A stretch of DNA of 64,000 nucleotides, from assembly GCA_963716745.1 (NCBI GenBank), contig OY970320.1:352001-416000 (forward strand), given 5' to 3'. Of this stretch, positions 55,256-64,000 are shown piece after piece. This DNA comes from an uncultured Gemmatimonadaceae bacterium. GTDB taxonomy: Bacteria; Gemmatimonadota; Gemmatimonadetes; Gemmatimonadales; Gemmatimonadaceae. Numbering within the stretch: position 1 is the stretch's first letter; each line of letters begins with the position of its first letter. A program made the position numbers and the translations under genes. The notes under the pieces were generated by a model. The model ran no database searches. It saw nothing but the letters and a program-made list of their open reading frames with translations, and was not told where the DNA came from.

Positions 55256-56145
55256 GACGCGCCGAGGATGATGTTGTCGATGAGACGCGTGGGGCCCACG
55301 CGCGCCGCGACCATCACGATCGTCCCCGGATCGGCGACGGCCACGGGCTCGAGACGCTCGCCATCCACGAGCGCCAGATAGTCGACGCTCACGCCCGGCT
55401 CCTCGGCGAGCACGTCGTAGCCGAGCGTCTCGAGCGCCGCGGCGTCGCGCTCGCCCGACTCGGCGGCGTCGGCGATCGCGCGCAGCGCCCGCGAGAGCAC
55501 GAGCGCGCGGCGCCGGTCGTCGCCCGACAGGTAGCCGTTGCGGCTCGACATCGCGAGGCCGTCATCTTCCCGCACCGTGGCGGCGACTTCGATCGCGACC
55601 GGAAAATCGAGGTCGCGTACCATCGCGCGCACGAGCGTCGCTTGCTGGATGTCCTTCTGGCCGAACACTGCCACCTGCGGCTGTACGAGATTGAACAGCT
55701 TCGCGACCACCGTGAGCATCCCGCCGAAATGTCCGGGGCGCACCGCTCCCTCCCACCGGTCGGCGAGCGCATGCGGCGTAACGGAGACCACGCGATCGCC
55801 CGGGTACATGTCCTCGGCGCGCGGCGCGAACACAAGGTCGACGCCGTGCGCTCCCGCTTTGCGCACATCGCCCTCGAGATCGCGCGGGTACCTGGCGAAG
55901 TCCTCGTGCGGACCGAACTGCAGCGGGTTCACGAAGATCGACATCACGACGAACGCACTCTGCTGGCGCGCCACGTCCACCAGTCGCAGATGCCCCTCGT
56001 GGAGGAATCCCATCGTGGGCACGAGACCCACCGCCACGCCGCGAGCGCGAGGCACGGCAAGCGCCTCCGCCAATTCCGCGACGCGCGTGACCACTCTCGT
56101 CGCAGGCGGCGCGCCGGTACCGGCGCTAGAAACTGTGATCGGCAT
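55252..56145 (-). CDS. panC: Pantoate--beta-alanine ligase
   Basis: VPTMGFLHEGH, SIFVNP.QF, RPGHF, FGQKD.QQ, GLAMSSRN, RLIDN; start uncertain. Confidence 0.95.
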   Translation of the reverse strand: MPITVSSAGTGAPPATRVVTRVAELAEALAVPRARGVAVGLVPTMGFLHEGHLRLVDVARQQSAFVVMSIFVNPLQFGPHEDFARYPRDLEGDVRKAGAHGVDLVFAPRAEDMYPGDRVVSVTPHALADRWEGAVRPGHFGGMLTVVAKLFNLVQPQVAVFGQKDIQQATLVRAMVRDLDFPVAIEVAATVREDDGLAMSSRNGYLSGDDRRRALVLSRALRAIADAAESGERDAAALETLGYDVLAEEPGVSVDYLALVDGERLEPVAVADPGTIVMVAARVGPTRLIDNIILGAS

Positions 56146-56974
56146 CGGGATAGCGCCCGCGGCGTACGTCGCTGCCGAACGCGCGGATCGCATCACGCAC
56201 ATCGTCTGCGAGATGCGCATATCGCTTCAGGAACTTCGGGCTGAACCGGTCGTTGAGGCCGAGGAGATCGGTGATCACCAGCACCTGGCCGTCGCACGCG
56301 GGGCCGGCGCCGATGCCGATCGTCGGGATCGCCACCGCGTCGGTGATCGCGGACGCGACCTCGCGCGGCAGCAGTTCAAGCACGATGGAGAAGGCGCCCG
56401 CGTCCTCGAGCCGGCGCGCCTCCTCCACCAAGCGCGCCGTCGCGTCCTTCTCGCGCCCTTGCACACGGAATCCGCCCAGCGCGTGCACCGATTGCGGCGT
56501 GAACCCGAGATGGCCCATCACGGGCACGCCGGCGGCGGTCACGGCGCGCACCGCGCGCGCGACGACATCGCCAGCACCCTCGAGCTTCACCGCCTGCGCT
56601 TCCGTCTCCTGCATCACGCGCCCGCAATTCCGCAGCGCGTCCTCGGGCGTTACTTGGTACGTGAGGAATGGCATGTCCACCACCAGCAGCGCGCGTTTCA
56701 CACCGCGCCGCACGGCGCGCGCGTGGTAGATCATCTGATCGAGCGTGACCGGCAGCGTCGAGTCGAGTCCCGCCACGACGTTCCCCACCGAGTCGCCGAC
56801 GAGCACGGCATCGACGCCCGCCTCGTCCACGAGCCGGCCGAATAGTGCGTCGTACGCGGTCACGAGCACGAGTTTGTCGCCACTCTGCTTGCGGAGCACG
56901 AAATCGCGCACCGTCACGGCGCGCGGCGCGGCATCGCGCAGCGCTGACGCGCGCTTCGAGGACTTTCGCTTCAT
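56126..56974 (-). CDS. panB: 3-methyl-2-oxobutanoate hydroxymethyltransferase
   Basis: TAYD, LVGDS, DMPF, VKLEG, GHLG.TPQ, IGIGAG..CDGQVLV. Confidence 0.97.
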   Translation of the reverse strand: MKRKSSKRASALRDAAPRAVTVRDFVLRKQSGDKLVLVTAYDALFGRLVDEAGVDAVLVGDSVGNVVAGLDSTLPVTLDQMIYHARAVRRGVKRALLVVDMPFLTYQVTPEDALRNCGRVMQETEAQAVKLEGAGDVVARAVRAVTAAGVPVMGHLGFTPQSVHALGGFRVQGREKDATARLVEEARRLEDAGAFSIVLELLPREVASAITDAVAIPTIGIGAGPACDGQVLVITDLLGLNDRFSPKFLKRYAHLADDVRDAIRAFGSDVRRGRYPDADHSF

Positions 56975-57381
56975 GGAGTCGCTCCGAGCTCCGCCAGCTC
57001 GCGCTGCCAGAAGGGGCGATTGGGCAGTTCCGGATGCGGCACGATCAGACCGGATTCGTTCACCGTTCGCGCGCCGAAGCGCACGATGTCGAGATCGAGC
57101 GTGCGCGCTCCCCAACGCTCCGTGCGCACGCGCCCCTCGGCCCGTTCGATCGTGAGCAGCGCATCCAGCAGCGCGCGCGGCGAGAGCGTCGTCTCCACGG
57201 CTACCATCTGGTTGAGGAAGGGGCCCTGGGGCACCGGGCCAAGTGGCTCGGTCTCCTCCACGGAAGATGCGCTGATGACATGGCTGTGCGGTAGCGCCTC
57301 GAGTGCGGCGCGCGCCGCAGCGAGATGGGCCGCCCGGTCTTCGAGGTTCGACCCGAGCGCGATATAGGCGATGTCAGGCAT
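56971..57381 (-). CDS. folK: Hydroxymethyldihydropterin pyrophosphokinase
   Basis: YIALGSNL, FLN, RWG.RTLDLDI, PHP..R.F. Confidence 0.95.
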   Translation of the reverse strand: MPDIAYIALGSNLEDRAAHLAAARAALEALPHSHVISASSVEETEPLGPVPQGPFLNQMVAVETTLSPRALLDALLTIERAEGRVRTERWGARTLDLDIVRFGARTVNESGLIVPHPELPNRPFWQRELAELGATP

Positions 57382-57384
57382 CCG

Positions 57385-57426
57385 TTGACAGCGGCGGAAC
57401 GTACCGGCATCGTGCGCGCGTGTCAA
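57385..57426. promoter_or_regulatory. Overlapping divergent sigma70-type promoters (folK / rqcH-like)
   Basis: Plus strand TTGACA(57385)-N17-CATCGT; minus strand TTGACA(57426)-N17-TACGTT. Confidence 0.55.
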
Positions 57427-57439
57427 ACCCGGAGCGCGC

Positions 57440-58798
57440 GTGGACAGTCTGACGGCGCACTACCTCGCGCGCGCGCTCGACGCACGGTGGCGAGCCCATC
57501 GCGTGACCGCGATCGCGTTCGACCGCGACACGCGCGCGGTGGTCGTCGCGGTCGACGGCTCCGCCCCGGTCCGCTTCGCGATCGCGCCCACGGCCGCCGC
57601 GGCGGTGGAGGATCCTGCGCCCGTGAGCGCCGGCGCGCTCGCGGGATGGACGGTTGCTTCGGTCTCGGCTCCCGAGGACGACCGGCGGCTCACGATCGCA
57701 CTCGTTCGCGCGGGTCGCTTCCGCGGATCGCCCGAACGGCGCGCCACGCTCGAGATCAGCTTCGTGCCGGCGGCGCGGGGCGCCCGTCTGCGCGGCGACG
57801 GCGGCGAAACGCGTATCGGCGCCCGGCTTCCTCCCGCCGGAGAACCGCGCCCCGTGCTCACTGCCACGTCGCTCGAACGCACGTTGCGTGACGACGACCG
57901 CGCCGCGTTGCTCGGCGGCCGCTGGATGAGTGCGCCGGTGATCGAGTGGCTGCGCGCCGAGCCCGCCCGCGCGGCCGAGCGCTACGCGGCGATCTGCGCG
58001 CTGCCGCAGCAGGCGCCGCCGTGCGTCGGCCCGCTCTTCGGGCGCCAGGTGGCGGCGCCGGCCGCCGAGCCGCCGCTTGACGGCCGCCGCGTCCGCGCGA
58101 TCGCCCGGATGGAGCGCGAGCTCGCGCAGGCCGCCGAAGCGCCGCGCGTTCGCGCGGCCGCGCGCGCGCTGCAGGCACTCGGCGACTCGCCGGCGCCCCG
58201 GCACGTCGCGTTGCCGGATGGCGCATTCGATGTCGCGCCGCGTGCCGGGGAGCGCGCGTCGCGCGCCGCCGAGCGATTGCACGACGAGGCCGGCGCGATG
58301 GAGCGTGCGCTCGAGGGACTCCCAGCGCGCATCGCGGCGACGAGAACCGCACCGTCACCCTCAGTCGCTTCGCCGCCGCCCGCGAAGGCGCAGCGCGGTG
58401 CGCCGCGCGTCGCGCGCCCCTTTCGCGAGTACCGCTCCACGGGCGGTCTCGACATCTGGGTCGGACGCGGAGCCGCATCGAACGACGCGCTCACCTTCCA
58501 CGCATCGAGCCCCGACGATGTCTGGATGCACGCACGCGACGTGGCCGGCGCGCATGTCGTGCTCCGCTGGACGCGCGACGAGCCGCCGCCCGCGCGCGAT
58601 CTCGCGGAGGCCGCCGCGATCGCCGCGTGGCACAGCAAGTCGCGCGGGAACACGGTGACGCCCGTGGATTGGACGCGGCGCAAGCACGTGCGCAAGCCGC
58701 GCGGCGGAGCGCCGGGGCTCGTGATGGTGGACCACGTCAAGACGGTGAACGCGCGGCCGAGCGCGGCCCTCGAGCGCGCGCTGCGCCGCTCGGAGTAG
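57440..58798 (+). CDS. NFACT/RqcH-like ribosome quality-control protein (reduced)
   Basis: N-terminal MD.L..L and DR motif (EDDRR); NFACT-R VGR..ND.LT..D.WMHA..GAHV, VDWT..KHVRKP.G..PG.V. Confidence 0.8.
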   Translation: MDSLTAHYLARALDARWRAHRVTAIAFDRDTRAVVVAVDGSAPVRFAIAPTAAAAVEDPAPVSAGALAGWTVASVSAPEDDRRLTIALVRAGRFRGSPERRATLEISFVPAARGARLRGDGGETRIGARLPPAGEPRPVLTATSLERTLRDDDRAALLGGRWMSAPVIEWLRAEPARAAERYAAICALPQQAPPCVGPLFGRQVAAPAAEPPLDGRRVRAIARMERELAQAAEAPRVRAAARALQALGDSPAPRHVALPDGAFDVAPRAGERASRAAERLHDEAGAMERALEGLPARIAATRTAPSPSVASPPPAKAQRGAPRVARPFREYRSTGGLDIWVGRGAASNDALTFHASSPDDVWMHARDVAGAHVVLRWTRDEPPPARDLAEAAAIAAWHSKSRGNTVTPVDWTRRKHVRKPRGGAPGLVMVDHVKTVNARPSAALERALRRSE

Positions 58799-58801
58799 TG
58801 G

Positions 58802-59587
58802 CTAGGCGGCGTCGAGCGCCGCGCGCATCGACGCGACGAGCCGCACGGCCGCGTCGGTGCTCTCACCGGCGGCTCGCACGAGCGCGCTGCCGACCACGAC
58901 ACCGTCCGCGAGCTTGCCGACGGCCGCGGCCTGCGCCGGCGTGGAAATGCCGAATCCCGCGCAGATGGGCAGCGTCGTCTCACCGCGGAGCCGCGCGATC
59001 GTGTTGGGCAAGTCGGCCGCGATCCCCTCTTGCACGCCCGTCACGCCAAGCCGGCTGATCAGATACACGAACCCTCCGCCGTGACGCGCGATGTCGCGCA
59101 TGCGCGACGCCGGCGTCGTGGGCGCGACGAGCCGGATGAACGCCAGCGGACCCGCGGCGATCTTCGTCTCGAGCGCCGGGTCGGCGCCGAGCGGCAGGTC
59201 CGTTACGAGGACGCCGTGTGCGCCGGCGCTCGACGCGCGGGCGAGCGCGCCGTCCCCCGCCGCGAGCAGTGGATTGAGATAGGTGAAGAGCACGACGGGC
59301 ACGGCCAGCTTCGCCTCCGAGATCAGCGCGAGCGTGCCCTCGAACGTCATGCCCGCCTCGAGCGCGCGCTGCGAGCTCGCCTGGATGATCGGCCCGTCCG
59401 CCATGGGATCGGAGAACGGTACGCCGACCTCGATCACGTCGGCGCCCGCCGCTTCCAATCGCTTGAGCAGCGCGAGCGAGCCGGCACGATCGGGGAATCC
59501 GGCGGTGATATAGACCACGAGCGCGCGGCGGCCGGCCATTCGCAGTGCGGCGAAGCGCGCGGCGAACAGGTCAGACGAAGTAGTCAC
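58802..59587 (-). CDS. trpA: Tryptophan synthase alpha chain
   Basis: YITAGFP, IEVGVPFSDPMADGP.IQ, LVAPTT, GVTG, GFGIS, GSA. Confidence 0.97.
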   Translation of the reverse strand: MTTSSDLFAARFAALRMAGRRALVVYITAGFPDRAGSLALLKRLEAAGADVIEVGVPFSDPMADGPIIQASSQRALEAGMTFEGTLALISEAKLAVPVVLFTYLNPLLAAGDGALARASSAGAHGVLVTDLPLGADPALETKIAAGPLAFIRLVAPTTPASRMRDIARHGGGFVYLISRLGVTGVQEGIAADLPNTIARLRGETTLPICAGFGISTPAQAAAVGKLADGVVVGSALVRAAGESTDAAVRLVASMRAALDAA

Positions 59588-61055
59588 TGACCTTGATGCC
59601 GTACCGGTCGGGGTCCGCGACCTTGATGATCGTGCGCGCGAAATGGCCGCTGTTGGCGTCGAGCGCGTTCAGATCCACGACATGGCCCGGGAAGAGCAAG
59701 TTACCGCGCTCGTCGTTGATGATCCGCACCAGCGGCCGTGAGATCGCTTCGGCGGTCGGGTTCACCGCGTGCACGAGTGCGAGCTCGAACGTATCGAGCA
59801 CGACCAGCGTGCCCACGGGGTAATGGCCCACGAGGCTCATGAAGGCCTTCACCAGCACCTGGTCCATGCCGCGGCGCGGGTTCATGCGCATCTCCTGCAG
59901 CACGTCGGCCGGCGTGAGCGGCGTCGTCTGGTACACGCGCCGCGACGTGGCCGCGTCGAACGAATCGGCCACCGCCACCACCTTGCTGTACATGCTCATT
60001 TGGCGGTCGCGGATGTGCTTCGGATATCCGGTGAGATCGGTCTTCTTGTGATGCTCGAAGGCGACGATCATCGCGCGGTACGGCACGTCGTTCTGTCCGC
60101 GCATCTGGAACAGCTGCAGCACGCCGAGCCACGGGTGATGGCAGATCATCCGCCATTCATCCTCGCTCAGCGCGCCTGGCTTGTTGAGCACGTCAAGCGG
60201 GATGCGCGATTTCCCGATGTCGTGCATGAGCGCGCCGACGCCCAGGTCGTAGAGCTGGAGGCGCGAGAGCCCGAGCTTCCGGCCGAGCGCCACCGAGAAG
60301 ATGCACACGTTCACGCTGTGCGTGAACGTGTACTCGTCGTAATCGCGCAGCGTGGTGAGTCCGATCAGCGACGTCTCCTCGTTCAGGATCTGGTCGACGA
60401 TCCCCTGCACCACCCGTTTGATCTTCTTGATGTTCGGACTCTTCCCCATGCGCACGGAGTTGATGACCTCCTTGGTCACCGACACCGACTGTGAGTACGT
60501 GCGCTTCGCCGCTTCCTTCGACTTCTGCCGAATCGCCTCGTCGACTTCCGACGGCGGTCCGATGTCGATCGACATCACGCGCGCGCCAGCGAGTTTCTCA
60601 GCGAGCGCGTACAGACGCCCGTCCATGTCGCCCACGTTGGCGGACTGGATGAGATTGAGGAACACCACCCAGTCGCGCGCCGAACAATCTTCGCGCACGC
60701 GGCAGAGGCCGACACCCGCCTCGCGGAACACCGTGAGGATGCGGCTGAAGCTCGCGTAGTTGTCGAGATCGAGCCGAAGGCGCGTGGAATTCACGAACAG
60801 GAACTCGCCCGAGACACGGAACTCGAGTTCGTGCTCTCGCTTGATGAATTCCTGGCAGAGCCGCACGATCTCGTCCATGGTCTTCTGCACCACCGGATTG
60901 TCCGGCGGATACAACTTCACTGTCCGCAGCGCGCCGTAGATCGAGAGCAGCAGATCGCGACCGGCCTTGCGGACGAAGCCGTCGCTCCCGCGCTCGGCGA
61001 CCGGGCCGGTGGATTCCTTCGCGGCCGGGTGCGTGCCGGTCGTGGCCGTGCTCAC
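59571..61055 (-). CDS. HD-GYP cyclic-dinucleotide phosphodiesterase with uncharacterised N-terminal domain
   Basis: DEYTFTHS.NV, MHDIGK, HP..G, EHH..D.TGYP, VADSFDA.TS.R.Y, YPVGT.V. Confidence 0.93.
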   Translation of the reverse strand: MSTATTGTHPAAKESTGPVAERGSDGFVRKAGRDLLLSIYGALRTVKLYPPDNPVVQKTMDEIVRLCQEFIKREHELEFRVSGEFLFVNSTRLRLDLDNYASFSRILTVFREAGVGLCRVREDCSARDWVVFLNLIQSANVGDMDGRLYALAEKLAGARVMSIDIGPPSEVDEAIRQKSKEAAKRTYSQSVSVTKEVINSVRMGKSPNIKKIKRVVQGIVDQILNEETSLIGLTTLRDYDEYTFTHSVNVCIFSVALGRKLGLSRLQLYDLGVGALMHDIGKSRIPLDVLNKPGALSEDEWRMICHHPWLGVLQLFQMRGQNDVPYRAMIVAFEHHKKTDLTGYPKHIRDRQMSMYSKVVAVADSFDAATSRRVYQTTPLTPADVLQEMRMNPRRGMDQVLVKAFMSLVGHYPVGTLVVLDTFELALVHAVNPTAEAISRPLVRIINDERGNLLFPGHVVDLNALDANSGHFARTIIKVADPDRYGIKVSDYFV

Positions 61056-62779
61056 GCGACGCCTCCGCGGAGCGCCTTGTTGATGGCGCTCCGTACGCGC
61101 ACGTCCTTGTCCTTCTCGGCCTTCCGGAGTTCCGCGAGCGCGTTCTCCGTGCCGATGCGGCCCAGCGCGAACGCCGCGCAGGCGCGGATGTCGGGGCTCG
61201 GGCGCCGCTTGAAGAAACTCTTGCCGTTAAGCAATTCGGCGAGTGGCGAGACGGCCGCCGCGCCCGCGAGCACGCCGTACGCCTCGAAGTATTCCTTCTT
61301 CTCGGTGAGATCGGCTTCCTTAAGCGTCTTGCCGGAGACGACCGCCTCGAGCCTCGGCAGCGCGGCGCGATGTCCACGCGCCGTGATCGCCTTCACCGCG
61401 CTCACGCGGACGTCGCGGTCCGTGTCGGCGAGCGCGGTCTCGAGCAGTCGCATCGCGCCGGGCGACGCGATCTCGGCCAGGGCCTGCGCCGCGGCGAGCC
61501 GCACGTCGGGCAGGCCCGTCTGCAGCACCTTCGCCATCGGCGACACGGCCGCCTGCGCCTTCAGTTCGCCCGCCCGCCGGATCGCCTCGAGCGCGACCGA
61601 CGGATCCTCGCTCGCGATGAGCTTCAGCATCTCGCCGACGTTCGCCGACGCGAGCCGCTGCGCCGTTTTCTCCAGCGCCGAGCGCAACCGCGCGTTCTGC
61701 GCCTGCTTGAGCCACGCGAGCACCGTGGCGAGCGTGCCCTGCTTGAGTTCGCCGAACAGTGCGTCGAGCTCCTCCTGCGGCGGGATGACCTCGGAGTCAT
61801 CGAGTGCCTGCAACAATTGCGGCAGCACCGCGGTGTCGCTCAGCCGTTCGGGGAGGCGTTGCAGACGGTCGGACATCGCCGGCGCGAGTGCCGGCGCGCG
61901 CTGCACCGCCACCGCCGCTTCGCGCAGCAGGAACCCGACGCCGCCGTACGAGCCCGCCGCGAGCAAATGCAACAGGAAGGTCTCGAGGATTCCGAGCACC
62001 TCCTCGCGCACCTTGCCTTCCGGCTGCGTCTCGAAGATGTCGAGCAAGATCGAAATCACGTCCTTGTGCAGATCGAGGTGCGACTCGTCGGCGAGCGCGG
62101 TGCGCAGATACTCGATCTCCGCTTCGTCGAGGAAGTACAGCGTCGCGTCGAGATCCTCCATGCTCACGAGACCGGCCTTCTTGCGTGCCTCGGGCTCCTG
62201 CGGCGCTTCCTCGATCTCGCGCTTCACTTCCACGAGCGGCAGCTGACGCTCCTCGGCCGCCTTGTCGCTCGGCTCGATCGCCGCGACCGCGTCGAAGGAG
62301 AGGTCGACGAAGCGATAGCGCATGTGCACGAACTCCTGCTCCCAGAGCAGGGTGAGCAGGTCGTCCTCCTCCGGCGCCGCGTTCTTCACGCGCCGCATGA
62401 TCTCCAGCATCGCGACGATCTCCTCCTGCTCCACGCCCTGCGTGAGCGTGAGTTCGCGAATGCCGTCCTTGTAGAACAGCCATGCGACACTCTCGGCGCG
62501 GCCGGGATCGTGGTACACCGAGCGCCCCTCCCACTTCACGTCCGACTCCGTGATCGTGAGCACGATCTCGGGCGTATGGCGCCACACCGGCGCGAACGAG
62601 GCGCGCAGCGTGTCGATCGATTTCTGATAGATCGGATTGTTCGGGAGGTACAAGCCGAGCGTCTTCACCGACCGGCTCAGGTGCTTCAACAGCTCCTCGA
62701 CGAGCGGCGGCGGGAACGACGGCGCGGGCAGCGCGTCATCCGCCGCGGTCGCCGCCGGGATCGAGGTGGAGGTCGGCAC
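61052..62779 (-). CDS. HEAT-repeat protein with uncharacterised N-terminal domain
   Basis: Repeated D.DVR..A..AL motifs in the C-terminal half; GTG 62779 directly after the trpB stop; GTGA-coupled to the HD-GYP gene. Confidence 0.88.
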   Translation of the reverse strand: MPTSTSIPAATAADDALPAPSFPPPLVEELLKHLSRSVKTLGLYLPNNPIYQKSIDTLRASFAPVWRHTPEIVLTITESDVKWEGRSVYHDPGRAESVAWLFYKDGIRELTLTQGVEQEEIVAMLEIMRRVKNAAPEEDDLLTLLWEQEFVHMRYRFVDLSFDAVAAIEPSDKAAEERQLPLVEVKREIEEAPQEPEARKKAGLVSMEDLDATLYFLDEAEIEYLRTALADESHLDLHKDVISILLDIFETQPEGKVREEVLGILETFLLHLLAAGSYGGVGFLLREAAVAVQRAPALAPAMSDRLQRLPERLSDTAVLPQLLQALDDSEVIPPQEELDALFGELKQGTLATVLAWLKQAQNARLRSALEKTAQRLASANVGEMLKLIASEDPSVALEAIRRAGELKAQAAVSPMAKVLQTGLPDVRLAAAQALAEIASPGAMRLLETALADTDRDVRVSAVKAITARGHRAALPRLEAVVSGKTLKEADLTEKKEYFEAYGVLAGAAAVSPLAELLNGKSFFKRRPSPDIRACAAFALGRIGTENALAELRKAEKDKDVRVRSAINKALRGGVA

Positions 62780-62781
62780 GA

Positions 62782-63969
62782 CTAGCGGTGCGCCTGCAGG
62801 CGGTCGCTCACTTCGGCCACGTCCTTGTCCCCTCGTCCGCTCACGCAGAGGAGGACCGGTGCGTCCGACGGCCACCGCCCCTTCTGCGAGGCCATCCAGG
62901 CGACGGCATGCGCCGTCTCGAGCGCGGGGATGATCCCCTCGAGCTGGCTGAGCATGACGAAGCCGCCGAGCGCCTCTTCGTCGCCGACCGAGACGTACGT
63001 CGCGCGACCCGAGTCCTTCAGGTGGGAGTGCTCGGGTCCGACGCCGGGATAGTCGAGACCAGCAGAAATGGAGTGCGCGGGATGCACCTGGCCCGCGTCA
63101 TCTTGCAGCAGATAGCTCAGCGCGCCGTGCAGCACCCCGGGGCGCCCGCGCGTGAGGGAGGCGGAATGGCGTCCGCTGTCGAGGCCCTCGCCCGCGGCCT
63201 CGACGCCCACCAGCTCCACGTCGCGGTCGTTCACGAACGCGTGGAAGATGCCCATCGCGTTCGAACCGCCGCCTACGCACGCGACCACCGTCGCTGGAAG
63301 CCGACCCGCCTGTTCGATCATCTGCGCGCGCGCCTCCCGACCGATCACCGACTGGAAATCCCGCACGATGCGCGGATAGGGCGCCGGTCCCACCACGGAA
63401 CCAATGATGTAATGACTGTCCGTCACGTTGGTGACCCAGTCGCGGATCGCCTCGCTCGTCGCGTCCTTCAACGTGCGCGTGCCCGACGTCACCGGCATCA
63501 CAGTCGCCCCCATCAGTTTCATTCGGAAGACATTCAGCGCCTGGCGCCGCATGTCCTCCTCCCCCATGTACACAACGCACTGCAATCCGAACCGGGCGCA
63601 GATCGTGGCCGTCGCCACCCCATGCTGTCCGGCGCCCGTCTCGGCGATGATGCGCCGTTTCCCCATGCGCCGCGCGAGCAGCGCCTGACCCACCGTGTTG
63701 TTGATCTTGTGCGCGCCGGTGTGGTTGAGATCCTCCCGTTTCAGGAAGACCCGCGCCCCCACGGCCTCGGAGAAACGCGGCGCGTCGGTCAGCGGAGAAG
63801 GACGACCGACGTAGCCCTTGAGCAATCCATCCAGCTCCCGCTGGAAGGCCGGATCGCGCTGCGCTTCGGCGTACGCGGCCTCGAGCGCATCGAGGGCGGG
63901 CACGAGCGTCTCGGGCACATAGCGGCCGCCATAGGGGCCGAAGCGGTCAGGTGCGCTCACGTCCGTCAT
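62782..63969 (-). CDS. trpB: Tryptophan synthase beta chain
   Basis: [60 protein letters not shown]. Confidence 0.98.
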   Translation of the reverse strand: MTDVSAPDRFGPYGGRYVPETLVPALDALEAAYAEAQRDPAFQRELDGLLKGYVGRPSPLTDAPRFSEAVGARVFLKREDLNHTGAHKINNTVGQALLARRMGKRRIIAETGAGQHGVATATICARFGLQCVVYMGEEDMRRQALNVFRMKLMGATVMPVTSGTRTLKDATSEAIRDWVTNVTDSHYIIGSVVGPAPYPRIVRDFQSVIGREARAQMIEQAGRLPATVVACVGGGSNAMGIFHAFVNDRDVELVGVEAAGEGLDSGRHSASLTRGRPGVLHGALSYLLQDDAGQVHPAHSISAGLDYPGVGPEHSHLKDSGRATYVSVGDEEALGGFVMLSQLEGIIPALETAHAVAWMASQKGRWPSDAPVLLCVSGRGDKDVAEVSDRLQAHR

Positions 63970-64000
63970 TCACTGCCCTCTCGTGCCGCGCACCGCGTCG
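63970..64000 (-). CDS. 3' end of the upstream gene (possibly trpF)
   Basis: Reads ..DAVRGTRGQ*, with TGA abutting the trpB ATG; identity guessed from context only. Confidence 0.35.
   Translation of the reverse strand, partial: DAVRGTRGQ

Overview
A high-GC chromosomal window of mostly housekeeping genes. Gene order and protein style suggest a Gemmatimonadota-like bacterium, which is an inference only. It has about 65 CDS and one tRNA-Leu(CAA). No integrase, transposase, CRISPR array or prophage is evident. Many genes, including essential gmk, carry single-base frameshifts, most simply explained as long-read indel errors. In order: dnaB(5')-udg-coaBC-rpoZ-gmk-yicC; a TonB-plug outer-membrane protein; pepA; tRNA-Leu; an ECF sigma/anti-sigma/Spy module; a TetR-regulated aromatic-CoA catabolic operon; secreted amidohydrolases; a small accessory islet (beta-propeller protein, vat-like acetyltransferase); rpmA-rplU; rne; acyl-CoA dehydrogenase; recQ; U32/RlhA; a B12 mutase/carboxyltransferase/AtuA cluster; phoH-pgpH-ybeY-corC-like genes; aspS; rlmN; pan/fol genes; rqcH-like; and trpB..trpA. 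The strongest oddities are: (1) a hybrid Box/Paa operon, with a short BoxB-type diiron epoxidase among Paa-type enzymes behind a PaaR-type operator and no boxA/boxC/paaABCE; (2) a HEAT-repeat protein and an HD-GYP phosphodiesterase sitting between trpB and trpA that share one uncharacterised N-terminal domain; (3) a gap-free 86-bp inverted repeat around a 108-bp spacer between rne and rplU; (4) a mutase with isobutyryl-CoA-mutase signature residues in a leucine/terpene-type cluster; (5) a GlmU-like protein lacking both catalytic motifs.
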